Positions 5,795 to 15,225 of a stretch of 30,720 nucleotides of DNA are shown here, piece after piece. Source of the DNA: Thermodesulfovibrionales bacterium (GTDB lineage Bacteria > Nitrospirota > Thermodesulfovibrionia > Thermodesulfovibrionales > UBA6898); assembly GCA_044450345.1 (NCBI GenBank), contig JBIOIY010000038.1, positions 1-30,720 on the forward strand. The letters run 5' to 3'. Position numbers and translations under genes: made by a program. The notes beneath the pieces are model-generated. The model was not told the origin of the DNA. It was given only the letters and a program-made list of their open reading frames with translations, and did no database searches. Numbering within the stretch: position 1 is the stretch's first letter; every line of letters starts with the position of its first letter.

Positions 5795-7042
5795 CTATCT
5801 TTCTCCTACGATGCGCAGAAACACCTCGACTACCCGTGGGTCGAAGCATTTTCCGGAGTTGTCCCTCAGGTAGGAGATGACCTTCTCCTCCGGCCATGCC
5901 TTGCGGTAAGGACGTTCTGAGCTCAGTGCGTCCCATTGGTCGACAACCGTGAAGAGCCGCGCGGGCAGCGGGATCTCGTCACCCTTCAGTCCCTGTGGAT
6001 ATCCGCACCCGTCCCACCTCTCGTGATGACAGTATGAAATAATAGAGGCCGGGCCGAGAAATGAAATCGGTTCGAGCATCTCCCTCGCGTAAACCGTATG
6101 TTTCTCCATTATCTTCTTCTCAGCATCATCGAGCGGACCGGGCTTCGACAGGATATGGTCCGGAATCGCCATCTTGCCTATATCATGTATGAGGGCACCC
6201 CTCTGGATGTGTCCGATATCTTCTTCACTGCAGTTCATCTCCCGGGCCAGACGCACACTGAGGGCGACTACTCTTCGGCTATGCCCTTCGGTTTCACTGT
6301 CCCGATATTCCAAAACCTTGGCCAGTCCCTCAAGGGTGAGGTGATACGTCTTGAGCAGTTCCTCTTCAGCCTGCTTTATATGTGCGATATTTCTTTCCGT
6401 GTTATGAATGATTACCCAGACCAGTGCGCTCGCAGCCATCAGCAGGACCCCCGCTGAAAGACAAAAGCCCGCGTCCGTTACAACGCGCGCAGGTGCATAT
6501 GACCCTTTGATTTCAAGATACGCCAGCACGGCCAGGGACCCGATCGAGGCGAGGGTGAGTACCGGTATTGCACGCTTGCCGAAGAACAGGCTGCCCACAA
6601 TGATAATCAGAGGATACACCAGCATGCCCGAGTCCTGCAGCCCCCCGGTGGCGTAAAGGTTGTAGTCTGCGGCACACACTATCACTGCGAGAGTAAGCGA
6701 AGCGGATTGCAGGTAGCGGCCCCGGGAATTCAGCCAAAATGCAGGAATGCAGAAGACAGACATGGCAAGGAGGGCAATCGCTATATTCCACGCATGAATG
6801 TAAACGTTCACCAGAAAGAGGGTGGCTCCGGCTACCACAATTACCCTGAGCATGGTGGCAAGGATCCTTTTCTGCTGCGCACGCTCATAAGGGGTTACGC
6901 CGGCCTGGCCGAACCGTTCTTTAACAGACAGGGATGCAGGGGGCGGAATGAGGCGCTTCAGTCCTTTGCAAAAAAACAGGACGCGCAGGGAACACGACGC
7001 GATCTCAGAGGTCCCTTTATTGTCCGAGCTGATCTTCCCCAT
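5795..7042 (-). CDS. Membrane-bound HD-GYP cyclic-dinucleotide phosphodiesterase
   Basis: N-terminal TM helices; 'ETEGHSRRV', 'HDIGK' and 'HHERWDGCGYP'. Start codon uncertain. Confidence 0.93.
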   Translation of the reverse strand: MGKISSDNKGTSEIASCSLRVLFFCKGLKRLIPPPASLSVKERFGQAGVTPYERAQQKRILATMLRVIVVAGATLFLVNVYIHAWNIAIALLAMSVFCIPAFWLNSRGRYLQSASLTLAVIVCAADYNLYATGGLQDSGMLVYPLIIIVGSLFFGKRAIPVLTLASIGSLAVLAYLEIKGSYAPARVVTDAGFCLSAGVLLMAASALVWVIIHNTERNIAHIKQAEEELLKTYHLTLEGLAKVLEYRDSETEGHSRRVVALSVRLAREMNCSEEDIGHIQRGALIHDIGKMAIPDHILSKPGPLDDAEKKIMEKHTVYAREMLEPISFLGPASIISYCHHERWDGCGYPQGLKGDEIPLPARLFTVVDQWDALSSERPYRKAWPEEKVISYLRDNSGKCFDPRVVEVFLRIVGER

Positions 7043-7187
7043 CTAACGATCCCTCCAACGGCAGACGATATACTTTACGGAATCCTCATGGAAGTTGTCA
7101 ATATATCATCAACCCGAAAAATGCATTTCAAACAGAATATTGCAGGGACACGATAGCAAAGAGGGGAGCGGGGGAACGAACAAAATC

Positions 7188-8021
7188 CTACTTCACGATC
7201 TTCATGCTTATGTCGGCAGCGGTGGCCGAATGGGTAAGTGCCCCTACCGAGATCAGGTCGACCCCTGTCTCCGCCACCTCTCTCACATTGGCAAGGGTGA
7301 TGTTGCCGGACGCCTCTATCGTCACCCTTCCCCCGGCGCATGCGACCGCCCCGGCCATGTCTTCTACCGACATATTATCGAGCATGACGATGTCAGCGCC
7401 GGCGTCGATGGCCTCCTGGAGTTCTTTAAGGTTCTCGACCTCGACCTCTATCCTCGCCAGATGGTGACCGGATTTCGCCAGAGCAACGGCGTCCCGGATA
7501 CTGCCGACCTCTTCTATGTGATTGTCCTTGATGAGTATACCGTCATAAAGTCCGAAGCGGTGATTGGTCCCTCCCCCTACTCTTACCGCGTATTTTTCCA
7601 TGAACCTCTGGCAGGGGGTGGTCTTCCGGGTGTCGAGTATCTTCGCCTTTGTTCCCCGCACCGCGTCGACGAATTGGCTCGAGAGCGTCGCAATGCCCGA
7701 AAGTCTCTGAAGGATGTTGAGGCTTATCCTTTCTCCCGCAAACAGTGCTCTCGTCTTGCCCGCGACCTCCGCGAGTACGTCTCCTCTGGAAACCTTAGAA
7801 CCTTCGTTGTAAAAGATCTTGAAGGAAACTGAAGCGTCGAGTATGCGAAAGACTTCTTCAGCAAACGGCATCCCGGCAAGAACGAAATTGCCCTTGGCTA
7901 TATAAAGGGCCTTCGATTCATTCTTCCCGGGCACCAGGAGGGACGTGGTAATATCGCCATGGCCTAAGTCTTCTTCTATCGCGCGCGTTATCAGCTCGAT
8001 CACGTTCGAGGGGATGTCCAT
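7188..8021 (-). CDS. nadC: Nicotinate-nucleotide diphosphorylase (carboxylating)
   Basis: 'EDLGHGDITT', 'DTRKTTP', 'NHRFGLYDGILIKDNH', 'MLDNM' and 'EASGNI'. Confidence 0.97.
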   Translation of the reverse strand: MDIPSNVIELITRAIEEDLGHGDITTSLLVPGKNESKALYIAKGNFVLAGMPFAEEVFRILDASVSFKIFYNEGSKVSRGDVLAEVAGKTRALFAGERISLNILQRLSGIATLSSQFVDAVRGTKAKILDTRKTTPCQRFMEKYAVRVGGGTNHRFGLYDGILIKDNHIEEVGSIRDAVALAKSGHHLARIEVEVENLKELQEAIDAGADIVMLDNMSVEDMAGAVACAGGRVTIEASGNITLANVREVAETGVDLISVGALTHSATAADISMKIVK

Positions 8022-8022
8022 A

Positions 8023-8508
8023 CTACTTCCTTCTCAGAATCGACAACAGCCCCCATATGCCCCCGATGACCGCGCCTGCGGCCGCAGCGGATTTCCAGTC
8101 AAGGAGGGTCGTGAGTTCACCCTCGACCTTGTTGGCAATTACCAGCAGCGCCGCACTCTTGTCCGCCTTCACGCTTCCCGAGACGACGACTGCCGCCGCG
8201 CTCCGGTTGAGGGTCGTTTCATACCTCGAAAGGGAAAGAGGCGAGCAGGAATAATTGAAGGTGGTGTTGTTTCCGACAGTCACGGCGCTGACGCTCTGGG
8301 TTAAGGTGATCTCGCTCCCGTGGAGCAGCACGCCCGCGCATTGGGTCGCCTCGATCTTCTCGCCGTCCACGCTGAGGGCGCCGACCTGCTGCATCTCGAC
8401 ATGGCCCCCCTCGACATTTCTGACCGTACTCTGGCTTATAGTGATGAATTCGCCCTCGATGATCTCGAGATCTTCCTTCCGGATGTCCTTCTCCTCTTTT
8501 TCCATCAT
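8023..8508 (-). CDS. Hypothetical protein with repetitive beta-strand pattern and C-terminal TM
   Basis: 161-aa ORF translationally coupled between valS and nadC. Confidence 0.8.
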   Translation of the reverse strand: MMEKEEKDIRKEDLEIIEGEFITISQSTVRNVEGGHVEMQQVGALSVDGEKIEATQCAGVLLHGSEITLTQSVSAVTVGNNTTFNYSCSPLSLSRYETTLNRSAAAVVVSGSVKADKSAALLVIANKVEGELTTLLDWKSAAAAGAVIGGIWGLLSILRRK

Positions 8509-11177
8509 GCTTTACCCCCTACTTCGTAGAGTTTCTTGATATTCTCCAGCATCCTGTCTTTTTTCTTCAGGCATTCCTCATACTTTTCCTTCTCTTTCGC
8601 GATAATCTCCTTCGGCGCCCTTTTCAGAAAATCTTCATTGAGCAGTTTCTTATTCAGGAAAACGATACTCTCCCCTACTTTCGCCGCGTCCTTTCTCAGT
8701 CTATCAATTTCCAGATCTATGTTCAACAGACCCTCAAGCGGGACATATACCTCGACGAAATCTCTGACGGCAGCAGCAGCACCCTTGGGCTTTCTCACCC
8801 CGGCGCCTATCTCGATGATTTCGGCCTTTGCGAGCTTCTTCATATACGCGAGGTTCCTGTTCAACACCTCCGCCGCCTTCACCGTAAGGGTCTTTATGCA
8901 GGCATTCAGCTCGAGGGAAGGAGAGAGGTTCAACTCCCCTCGTATCGTTCTGACGCCGTTCACGGATTCCACAATTATCGCCATATCAGCCTCGGCGCCT
9001 TCATCCCTCGGGAGTGCGCGGGGAAAGCCTGCAGCCAGGATACTCCTGAGCGGTTTTTCCGGGGCGCCGCCCCGGGGCGTTACGTGCTGCCATATCTCCT
9101 CTGTGACGTAGGGCATAAAAGGATGAAGCAATCTAAGGGTCTGGTCAAGCAGATAAAGCAGGCATTTCCTTACCTGTTCCCTTCCTTCGGATTCGTCATA
9201 GAGGACCGGCTTGACCATCTCGATATACCAATCGCAGAGTTCACGCCAGATAAACTGGTAGACGGCGTTTGCGGCATCGTTGAACCGGTATTCTTCTAGG
9301 GAGGCGTTTACCTCATCCGCCGCGGCCGCGAGCCTGCTCAAGATCCACCTGCTCCCGATGTCCAGACCGTCGAAAGACATTTTTTCCGGTGCTTCCGCTT
9401 CACCCGCGTTAAGCAGTATGAAGCGCGATGCATTCCAGAGCTTGTTCACAAAATGTCTGTAGCCCTCAACCCGTTCCTCGGAGAACTTAACGTCACGCCC
9501 CTGGGCCGCGAACGCCGCGAGGGTAAAACGGAAGGCATCCGTGCCGTACTTTTCCATCATAATAAGCGGGTCGATAACGTTCCCCTTTGATTTGGACATC
9601 TTCTGCCCTGATGCGTCTCTCACAAGGGCATGGATGTAAACGTCTCTGAAGGGGACGTCTTGCATGAACTTAAGGCCCATCATGATCATACGGGCTACCC
9701 AGAAAAATATTATATCGAACCCGGTCACGAGCACCGAGGTCGGATAGTATTTCCGGAGCTCCGGGGTCTCCGCGGGCCAGCCGAGCGTCGAGAAGGGCCA
9801 TAGGGCCGAGGAAAACCATGTGTCGAGAACGTCTTCATCCTGCCGCACTCCACCGCCGCATTTTGCGCACGTTGCAGGCGCCTGCCGGGATACGATCACT
9901 TCTCCGCAGTCATCGCAGTACCAGGCCGGGATGCGATGCCCCCACCATATCTGCCTCGATATGCACCAGTCGTTGATATTTTCCATCCAGGAGAAGTATG
10001 TGTTCTCCCAGCTCTTCGGGATTATCCTGATCCTGCCGTCTCTGACGGCGTCCATGGCCGCGGCGGCGAGAGGGCCGACCTTCACATACCATTGGAGTGC
10101 GGAAAGCGGTTCGATGACCGTCTTACAACGGTAACACTGGCTGATGGAATGCAGGTACTTATCCTGCTTCTCGATGAGGCCCCCGGCCGTGAGATCATTC
10201 AAGACCGCTTTTCTGGCTTCATACCTGTCGAGACCCGCGTATTTCGGACCTGCGTCGGCCGTCATCCTTCCGTCGGGCCCGATAACCGTGATTAAATCGA
10301 GCTGCGGCTCCTGCCTTTTGGCTATCGCTTCGTCGTTAAAATCATGCGCGGGAGTTACTTTGACTGCGCCCGTGCCGAACTCCGGGTCCACGGCGGAATC
10401 GGCAACAATAGGGATCTTTCTTCCGGTGAGGGGCAGCAATATCTTTTTGCCGATCATTCCCTCATAACGGCCGTCCCCGGGATTCACTGCGACCGCAGTA
10501 TCGCCGAGCATTGTTTCAGGACGTGTCGTGGCGACGACTATATGTCCGCTGCCGTCCTCCAGGGGATATCTGATGAACGTAAGCTTGCCCTCGTATTCCT
10601 CGTGCTCCACCTCGATATCCGAAAGTGCGGTATGGCATCTGGGACACCAGTTGATCAATCTCTTGTCACGGTAGATCAGTCCCTGCTCATAAAGGCTTAC
10701 AAAGACTTCTCCGACAGCATCAGACAGTCCGGCGTCGAGAGTGAACCGTTCCCTTGTCCAGTCGCAGGAGGCCCCCAGCCTTTTGAGCTGATGGATGATC
10801 TTGCCGCCGGATTCGACCTTCCATTTCCAGACCCGTTCGATAAAGGCGTCCCTGCCGAGCCGGTGCCTGTCGAGGCCCTCGGCCGCCAATTGCCTCTCGA
10901 CGACGTTTTGCGTCGCGATGCCGGCGTGGTCCATGCCCGGGACCCATAGCGTGTCAAAACCCGACATCTTCTTCCATCGGATAAGGATGTCCTGGAGGGT
11001 CGCATTGAGGGCGTGTCCCATATGGAGCGAACCCGTTACGTTGGGCGGCGGGATGACGATGGAAAAGGGGTCCTTGCAGGACGCCGGGTCGGCAACAAAA
11101 TAATTCCCGGCGGTCCAGTACTCATACCACTTTTCCTCAACGCCCTCTGGATTATAGCTTTTATGTAACTCAGTCAT
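8505..11177 (-). CDS. valS: Valine--tRNA ligase
   Basis: 'PPPNVTGSLHMGH', 'DWCISRQIWWGH', 'KMSKS' and C-terminal coiled coil. Confidence 0.99.
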   Translation of the reverse strand: MTELHKSYNPEGVEEKWYEYWTAGNYFVADPASCKDPFSIVIPPPNVTGSLHMGHALNATLQDILIRWKKMSGFDTLWVPGMDHAGIATQNVVERQLAAEGLDRHRLGRDAFIERVWKWKVESGGKIIHQLKRLGASCDWTRERFTLDAGLSDAVGEVFVSLYEQGLIYRDKRLINWCPRCHTALSDIEVEHEEYEGKLTFIRYPLEDGSGHIVVATTRPETMLGDTAVAVNPGDGRYEGMIGKKILLPLTGRKIPIVADSAVDPEFGTGAVKVTPAHDFNDEAIAKRQEPQLDLITVIGPDGRMTADAGPKYAGLDRYEARKAVLNDLTAGGLIEKQDKYLHSISQCYRCKTVIEPLSALQWYVKVGPLAAAAMDAVRDGRIRIIPKSWENTYFSWMENINDWCISRQIWWGHRIPAWYCDDCGEVIVSRQAPATCAKCGGGVRQDEDVLDTWFSSALWPFSTLGWPAETPELRKYYPTSVLVTGFDIIFFWVARMIMMGLKFMQDVPFRDVYIHALVRDASGQKMSKSKGNVIDPLIMMEKYGTDAFRFTLAAFAAQGRDVKFSEERVEGYRHFVNKLWNASRFILLNAGEAEAPEKMSFDGLDIGSRWILSRLAAAADEVNASLEEYRFNDAANAVYQFIWRELCDWYIEMVKPVLYDESEGREQVRKCLLYLLDQTLRLLHPFMPYVTEEIWQHVTPRGGAPEKPLRSILAAGFPRALPRDEGAEADMAIIVESVNGVRTIRGELNLSPSLELNACIKTLTVKAAEVLNRNLAYMKKLAKAEIIEIGAGVRKPKGAAAAVRDFVEVYVPLEGLLNIDLEIDRLRKDAAKVGESIVFLNKKLLNEDFLKRAPKEIIAKEKEKYEECLKKKDRMLENIKKLYEVGGKA

Positions 11178-11180
11178 AAC

Positions 11181-11218
11181 AAAGAAAGACGGGGAATCGG
11201 CTATGCCTTTTCCCCGCC
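11181..11218 (-). terminator. Intrinsic terminator-like hairpin directly upstream of valS
   Basis: Minus strand GGCGGGGAA-aaggcatagccga-TTCCCCGTC followed by TTTCTTTGTT and then the valS ATG. Confidence 0.5.
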
Positions 11219-11239
11219 CTCGAAATCACAAACTTATGT

Positions 11240-12202
11240 CTATAACTCGGACTTTATTCTTTCAATCTCTTTCGATATCAGAGTGCTCGCAAGATCAGGG
11301 ACCGTTTCCCATATCACCTTTTCGACCTCTTTCGAGAGCGAAGCCATCGAGTCCTTCAACGTCTCCCGCAGCATCTTTTCCACAAGTTCCGGGGCAATCT
11401 CCCAAAGCACCTTATCTATCGAATCCTTCAGGAAAGGCATCAGCGCGGAAACAAGCACCTCCTTGACATCAAGGGGAGCAAGAAATGCCGACACCCTTTC
11501 CCGGACTGTTTTTTCGAAGACTGCGAACAATTCCTCTTTTGAGGGCAGAGCGATCTGAGGCGCAATAGTCTCTGTCCTGGGCCGGGGCTGCTCAACAGCG
11601 ATCTCTTCTTCGGCAAATGCAAGCTCGGCTTCTGCTTCCGCCGATTCCTCTTCCGCAAACGCCTCGACAGACGCCTCAGCAGCAGGGGCTGTAACTTTCT
11701 CCATTGCCCATAGGTCTTCCTCCAGCCCTTTCAGTCCCGCATCCTCCACAACAGCGATCTCTTCCGCCTCTTCTGCGATCTCGAACGCTTCCTCGCCGTC
11801 ATCCGCAACGGTCGCTTCCGCGCCGCCCACAGCAACCATGGTCAGCACTGCATTGATCTTACTTATAAGTTCCTGCGATTCGAACGGTTTTATAACGGAA
11901 TCATCAGCGCCGACCGTCCGTGAGAGTTCCTCGTCTATCGGTTCGAACGCGCCGGCGAGCAGAATTACGGGGACGCCGGAGGTCTTGGGGTTCTGTTTTA
12001 TTTTCTCGCAAAGCTGGTACCCGTTCACCTTGGGCATTTCTATATCGGCAAGGACAATGTCCGGCATGAAGCTCTCTATGACATTGAGGGCGTCTTCCCC
12101 GTTGCTTACGGACTTGATCTCAAAATCTTCTTCAGCGAGAACAAGTTCAACTACCTTCTGAATCGTGATGCTGTCATCCGCAAGCAAAAGCTTATAAGCC
12201 AT
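11240..12202 (-). CDS. RomR-like response regulator (REC + acidic linker + helical C-domain)
   Basis: REC 'LLLADDSITIQKVV...DIEMP...KPF'; Glu/Ala-rich linker; C-terminal 'EKVIWETVPDLASTLISKEIERI'; lies upstream of valS. Confidence 0.8.
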   Translation of the reverse strand: MAYKLLLADDSITIQKVVELVLAEEDFEIKSVSNGEDALNVIESFMPDIVLADIEMPKVNGYQLCEKIKQNPKTSGVPVILLAGAFEPIDEELSRTVGADDSVIKPFESQELISKINAVLTMVAVGGAEATVADDGEEAFEIAEEAEEIAVVEDAGLKGLEEDLWAMEKVTAPAAEASVEAFAEEESAEAEAELAFAEEEIAVEQPRPRTETIAPQIALPSKEELFAVFEKTVRERVSAFLAPLDVKEVLVSALMPFLKDSIDKVLWEIAPELVEKMLRETLKDSMASLSKEVEKVIWETVPDLASTLISKEIERIKSEL

Positions 12203-12229
12203 CCTACACCCCTTAAAGGTATTTCAAGA

Positions 12230-12258
12230 ATTTTATTGTTATGTACTGAAAAAGTCAA
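12230..12258 (-). promoter_or_regulatory. Sigma70 promoter of the romR-like gene
   Basis: TTGACT-17-TAAAAT on the minus strand. Confidence 0.65.
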
Positions 12259-12315
12259 GACTTTTCCGTTTTCAGGACACCCGGCTGAGCCCCCGGCTCA
12301 GCATGAAGAGACGCC

Positions 12316-12519
12316 TCAGCCGCCACCGCCGAAGCCATGCGACGGGCCCGGCGAGGAAATGCCGGCATCAGAACTGGAGCAGCAAAAAGAGGACATGAGC
12401 TTTTTCACCTCAGTAGAAGAGCATTTCGGACAATCCGTATCTCTTTCCGTAGAGCTCACCTTCTGCAGGAGAGAAAATCTTTCCCCGCATGATTTGCAGA
12501 TATATTCGTAAATGGGCAT
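12316..12519 (-). CDS. FmdB-family zinc ribbon protein
   Basis: 'MPIYEYICKSCG...CPKCSS'; GGAGG RBS; TTGACT-18-TAGAAT at 12555-12584. Confidence 0.92.
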   Translation of the reverse strand: MPIYEYICKSCGERFSLLQKVSSTERDTDCPKCSSTEVKKLMSSFCCSSSDAGISSPGPSHGFGGGG

Positions 12520-12600
12520 ATGCCACCTCCTGAAAGTTTCGGTTATTAATAACTATTCTAATGATTCGGCAGGCTTCAAGTCAATGAGGGCGTGGAAATC

Positions 12601-12713
12601 ATAACTCCCCTTAACCCGTCGGTAATAGTAACTCCCCCTTCCCCCCTCTTACCTTAAGAGAGGCGCCATGCCTGCCGGCAGGCAGGGAGCCTGGCGGCGT
12701 TATCTTAAGGGGA
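12601..12713. repeat. Nested palindromic REP-like intergenic repeats
   Basis: TAACTCCCC occurs twice; CCTCTT-acctt-AAGAGAGG hairpin; perfect palindrome TGCCTGCCGGCAGGCA at 12669-12684. Confidence 0.6.
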
Positions 12714-12785
12714 ATGCAAGGGTGGGATACTCCGACTCCGGCATGCGTTTTACATCCCGTTTGATTTTGCTATACTTTAGCTGGA

Positions 12786-13799
12786 ATGAAAGAGGCAATG
12801 GTATATGACAAGCTGGACGGCGGCGATGTCCGTTGCCGCCTCTGCGGCCACAACTGCCTCATCAAGGAAGGCCAGAGGGGCATCTGCGCGGTACGTGAGA
12901 ACCGGGAGGGAACGCTGTACAGCCTCGTATACGGCAAAGTGATCTCAATGAACGTCGACCCTATCGAAAAAAAGCCCCTTTTCCATTTCCTGCCGGCCTC
13001 AAGGTCTTTGTCGATCGCTACGGTAGGATGCAATTTCCGCTGCAAGCACTGCCAAAACTATGAAATATCCCAATTCCCTCGGGAGCGGGACTTCACGATC
13101 CCGGGTAAAGATGTCCCTGCAGAGGACATTGTCGAAACAGCCGGAGAAAACCATTGTGAGAGCATATCCTATACCTATACGGAGCCCACTATATTCTTTG
13201 AATTCGCGTATGACTGCGCACTGGCCGCACGGGAAAAAGGCATAATGAACGTCTTCGTGAGCAACGGCTACTCGGGACCGGAGGCGGTGCGCCTTATCGC
13301 GCCCTGCCTGGGCGCAAATAATATCGACCTCAAGGGGAGCGACAAGTTCTACAGGGAGATTTGCGGTGCCAGACTCGGTCCGGTAAAAGACACGATCAGG
13401 CTCATGAAAGAACTCGGGGTCTGGGTTGAAGTCACCACACTTGTAATCCCGGATCTGAACGACTCTGAGAAAGACCTGACCGACATAGCCGAGTTCATCT
13501 GCTCCGTCGACCCGGCCATCCCATGGCATGTCAGCCAGTTCTATCCGACTTACCGGCTCCTCGACAATCCCCGGACCCCTGTAGAAAAGCTTAAACTGGC
13601 ACGGGATATCGGGTATCGGTCAGGGCTCAAATATGTCTATGAAGGTAATGTCCCCGGCGGTGGCGGAGAAAATACGTCCTGCCCTGTTTGCAAGGAGGTC
13701 CTGATCAAAAGGTTCGGGTACAGGGTCCTCGAAAACAAGATCAAACAAGACAAATGCCCGAGTTGCGGGAGCCGGATTGAGGGGATCTGGGCCGTCTAA
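12786..13799 (+). CDS. amrS: AmmeMemoRadiSam system radical SAM enzyme
   Basis: N-terminal C-x2-C-x3-C, 'DPIEKKPLFHF', 'GCNFRCKHCQN' and 'YTYTEP'. Confidence 0.93.
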   Translation: MKEAMVYDKLDGGDVRCRLCGHNCLIKEGQRGICAVRENREGTLYSLVYGKVISMNVDPIEKKPLFHFLPASRSLSIATVGCNFRCKHCQNYEISQFPRERDFTIPGKDVPAEDIVETAGENHCESISYTYTEPTIFFEFAYDCALAAREKGIMNVFVSNGYSGPEAVRLIAPCLGANNIDLKGSDKFYREICGARLGPVKDTIRLMKELGVWVEVTTLVIPDLNDSEKDLTDIAEFICSVDPAIPWHVSQFYPTYRLLDNPRTPVEKLKLARDIGYRSGLKYVYEGNVPGGGGENTSCPVCKEVLIKRFGYRVLENKIKQDKCPSCGSRIEGIWAV

Positions 13800-14167
13800 G
13801 TTTCGGAGTTGCTGCTTCCCAGGATCATGGCTATCTCCCTCCCCAGTAGTTTGTAGTTGAAGGGTTTCTTCATAAACAAATTCGCCCCCGCATCGATAAA
13901 CAGCTTGCCGGCGTCCATTGCGCTCATAGCTATCACGGGAAGGAGATTTCCTCTCTCCCTGACTTTTCTGACAAGTTCAATCCCATCCATCCCAGGCATC
14001 TGATAGTCAACGATTATGAGACTATATGTTTCTTCTTCAAGGCGACGTAACGCATCCATGCCGTTATCGGCGCAGTTTACGCAGTAGCCGCTTATCCGGC
14101 AAACCTCCGCCAGCATTATTCTAAGATCGGCTTCGTCATCCACAATAAGGATTTTCCCCGTCCCCAT
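13796..14167 (-). CDS. Single-domain response regulator (CheY-like)
   Basis: 'ILIVDDE', 'DYQMPGMDG' and 'KPF'. Confidence 0.93.
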   Translation of the reverse strand: MGTGKILIVDDEADLRIMLAEVCRISGYCVNCADNGMDALRRLEEETYSLIIVDYQMPGMDGIELVRKVRERGNLLPVIAMSAMDAGKLFIDAGANLFMKKPFNYKLLGREIAMILGSSNSET

Positions 14168-14176
14168 AATAAAAAT

Positions 14177-14205
14177 ATTATACTACCATGAGTTGTGTTT
14201 GTCAA
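14177..14205 (-). promoter_or_regulatory. Consensus sigma70 promoter
   Basis: TTGACA-17-TATAAT on the minus strand, 9 nt upstream of the ATG at 14167. Confidence 0.8.
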
Positions 14206-14276
14206 CCATGCACTACTTTAGGTTTATAGACTTTTGACCCGCCTCCGAGCAAAATGGAAGTCAATAATCGACTAAG

Positions 14277-14642
14277 ATGAAAACGCCGAAACTTAAACAA
14301 TATATAGGGCAAATAATCAGGGACGCGCGTCTCTCGTCAGGCATGTCGCAGATGCAGCTTGCGGAAAAAATCGGCATTTCCTACCAGCAGGTGCAGAAGT
14401 ATGAGAGGGGGGCGAGCGAACTGACGCTTACGAGACTTCATCAGATGGCGGAAGCCCTCCAAATTCCGGTCAGCTCATTTCTGCATGGCGACAATCTCGT
14501 CGTTTCGGAAGTGAGAACCGTGTATGGGAAATTGAGCGGCGACGAAGAGACCCTTTTAAGACTATTCAGAAAAATCAAAGGCGAAAAGGCAAAAAAGATC
14601 GCACTTTCAATAATCAGGGCCATTGCGGAACAGGGAAGCTGA
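14277..14642 (+). CDS. XRE-family HTH transcriptional regulator
   Basis: 'GMSQMQLAEKIGISYQQVQKYERG'. Confidence 0.93.
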   Translation: MKTPKLKQYIGQIIRDARLSSGMSQMQLAEKIGISYQQVQKYERGASELTLTRLHQMAEALQIPVSSFLHGDNLVVSEVRTVYGKLSGDEETLLRLFRKIKGEKAKKIALSIIRAIAEQGS

Positions 14643-14748
14643 TCCTTCGCCGCTACCCTCCCTCTCTCGCCGCCTCCGTCATATCGATTTCCTGCTTTGT
14701 TTATTTTCTTCCCCTTAAAGTCAGGGGGACTGAGAGGGAAGAGCCCCT

Positions 14749-15225
14749 TCACCCCGCAAATTTCAACACCATGATCACCGCATCTTCGGCAGGGGAAACA
14801 TAATAATTTTTCCTTGTCCCCAGGACCTCAAAACCGAACTTCTCATACATCGTCTTCGCAAATTCATTCGAGGCCCTTACTTCAAGAAAGATAAACCTGC
14901 AGCCTTCTTCTTTAAGGCGTTCGATACCCACGGAAACGAGTGCAGAGGCAATTCCAAGTCTTCTGTATTCAGGATGTACGGCAAGATCGAGTACATGCCC
15001 CTCATCAATTATCCAGCCTCCACAGATATAGCCGACTGCCCTTCCGCCCTTTTTTGCTACCTTCAGGAATGACCTTTGCTTCTTCACCTCGTTGAAAAAA
15101 GAGGTCTCCGACCAAGGCGTAGTGAACGATGCCCGCTCGATTTCAAGGATCGCCGGAAGATCTGCGGTCCCCATCTCCTCGATAACAATAGTATTACCTA
15201 TGCGGTCTAGGCCTTCTCGGACCAT
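14749..15225 (-). CDS. rimI: Ribosomal protein S18 alanine N-acetyltransferase
   Basis: 'IERASFTTPWS', 'LEVRASN' and 'RKNYY...EDAVIM'; follows tsaB. Confidence 0.93.
   Translation of the reverse strand: MVREGLDRIGNTIVIEEMGTADLPAILEIERASFTTPWSETSFFNEVKKQRSFLKVAKKGGRAVGYICGGWIIDEGHVLDLAVHPEYRRLGIASALVSVGIERLKEEGCRFIFLEVRASNEFAKTMYEKFGFEVLGTRKNYYVSPAEDAVIMVLKFAG

Noticed and set aside
7095..7832. 245-aa + strand ORF and other long antisense ORFs (e.g. 10344-10949, 16401-17084, 24501-25340, 29399-29977)
   Set aside because: They are shadows of nadC, valS, MFS, fdnG and SLT in GC-rich DNA, with no recognisable motifs.
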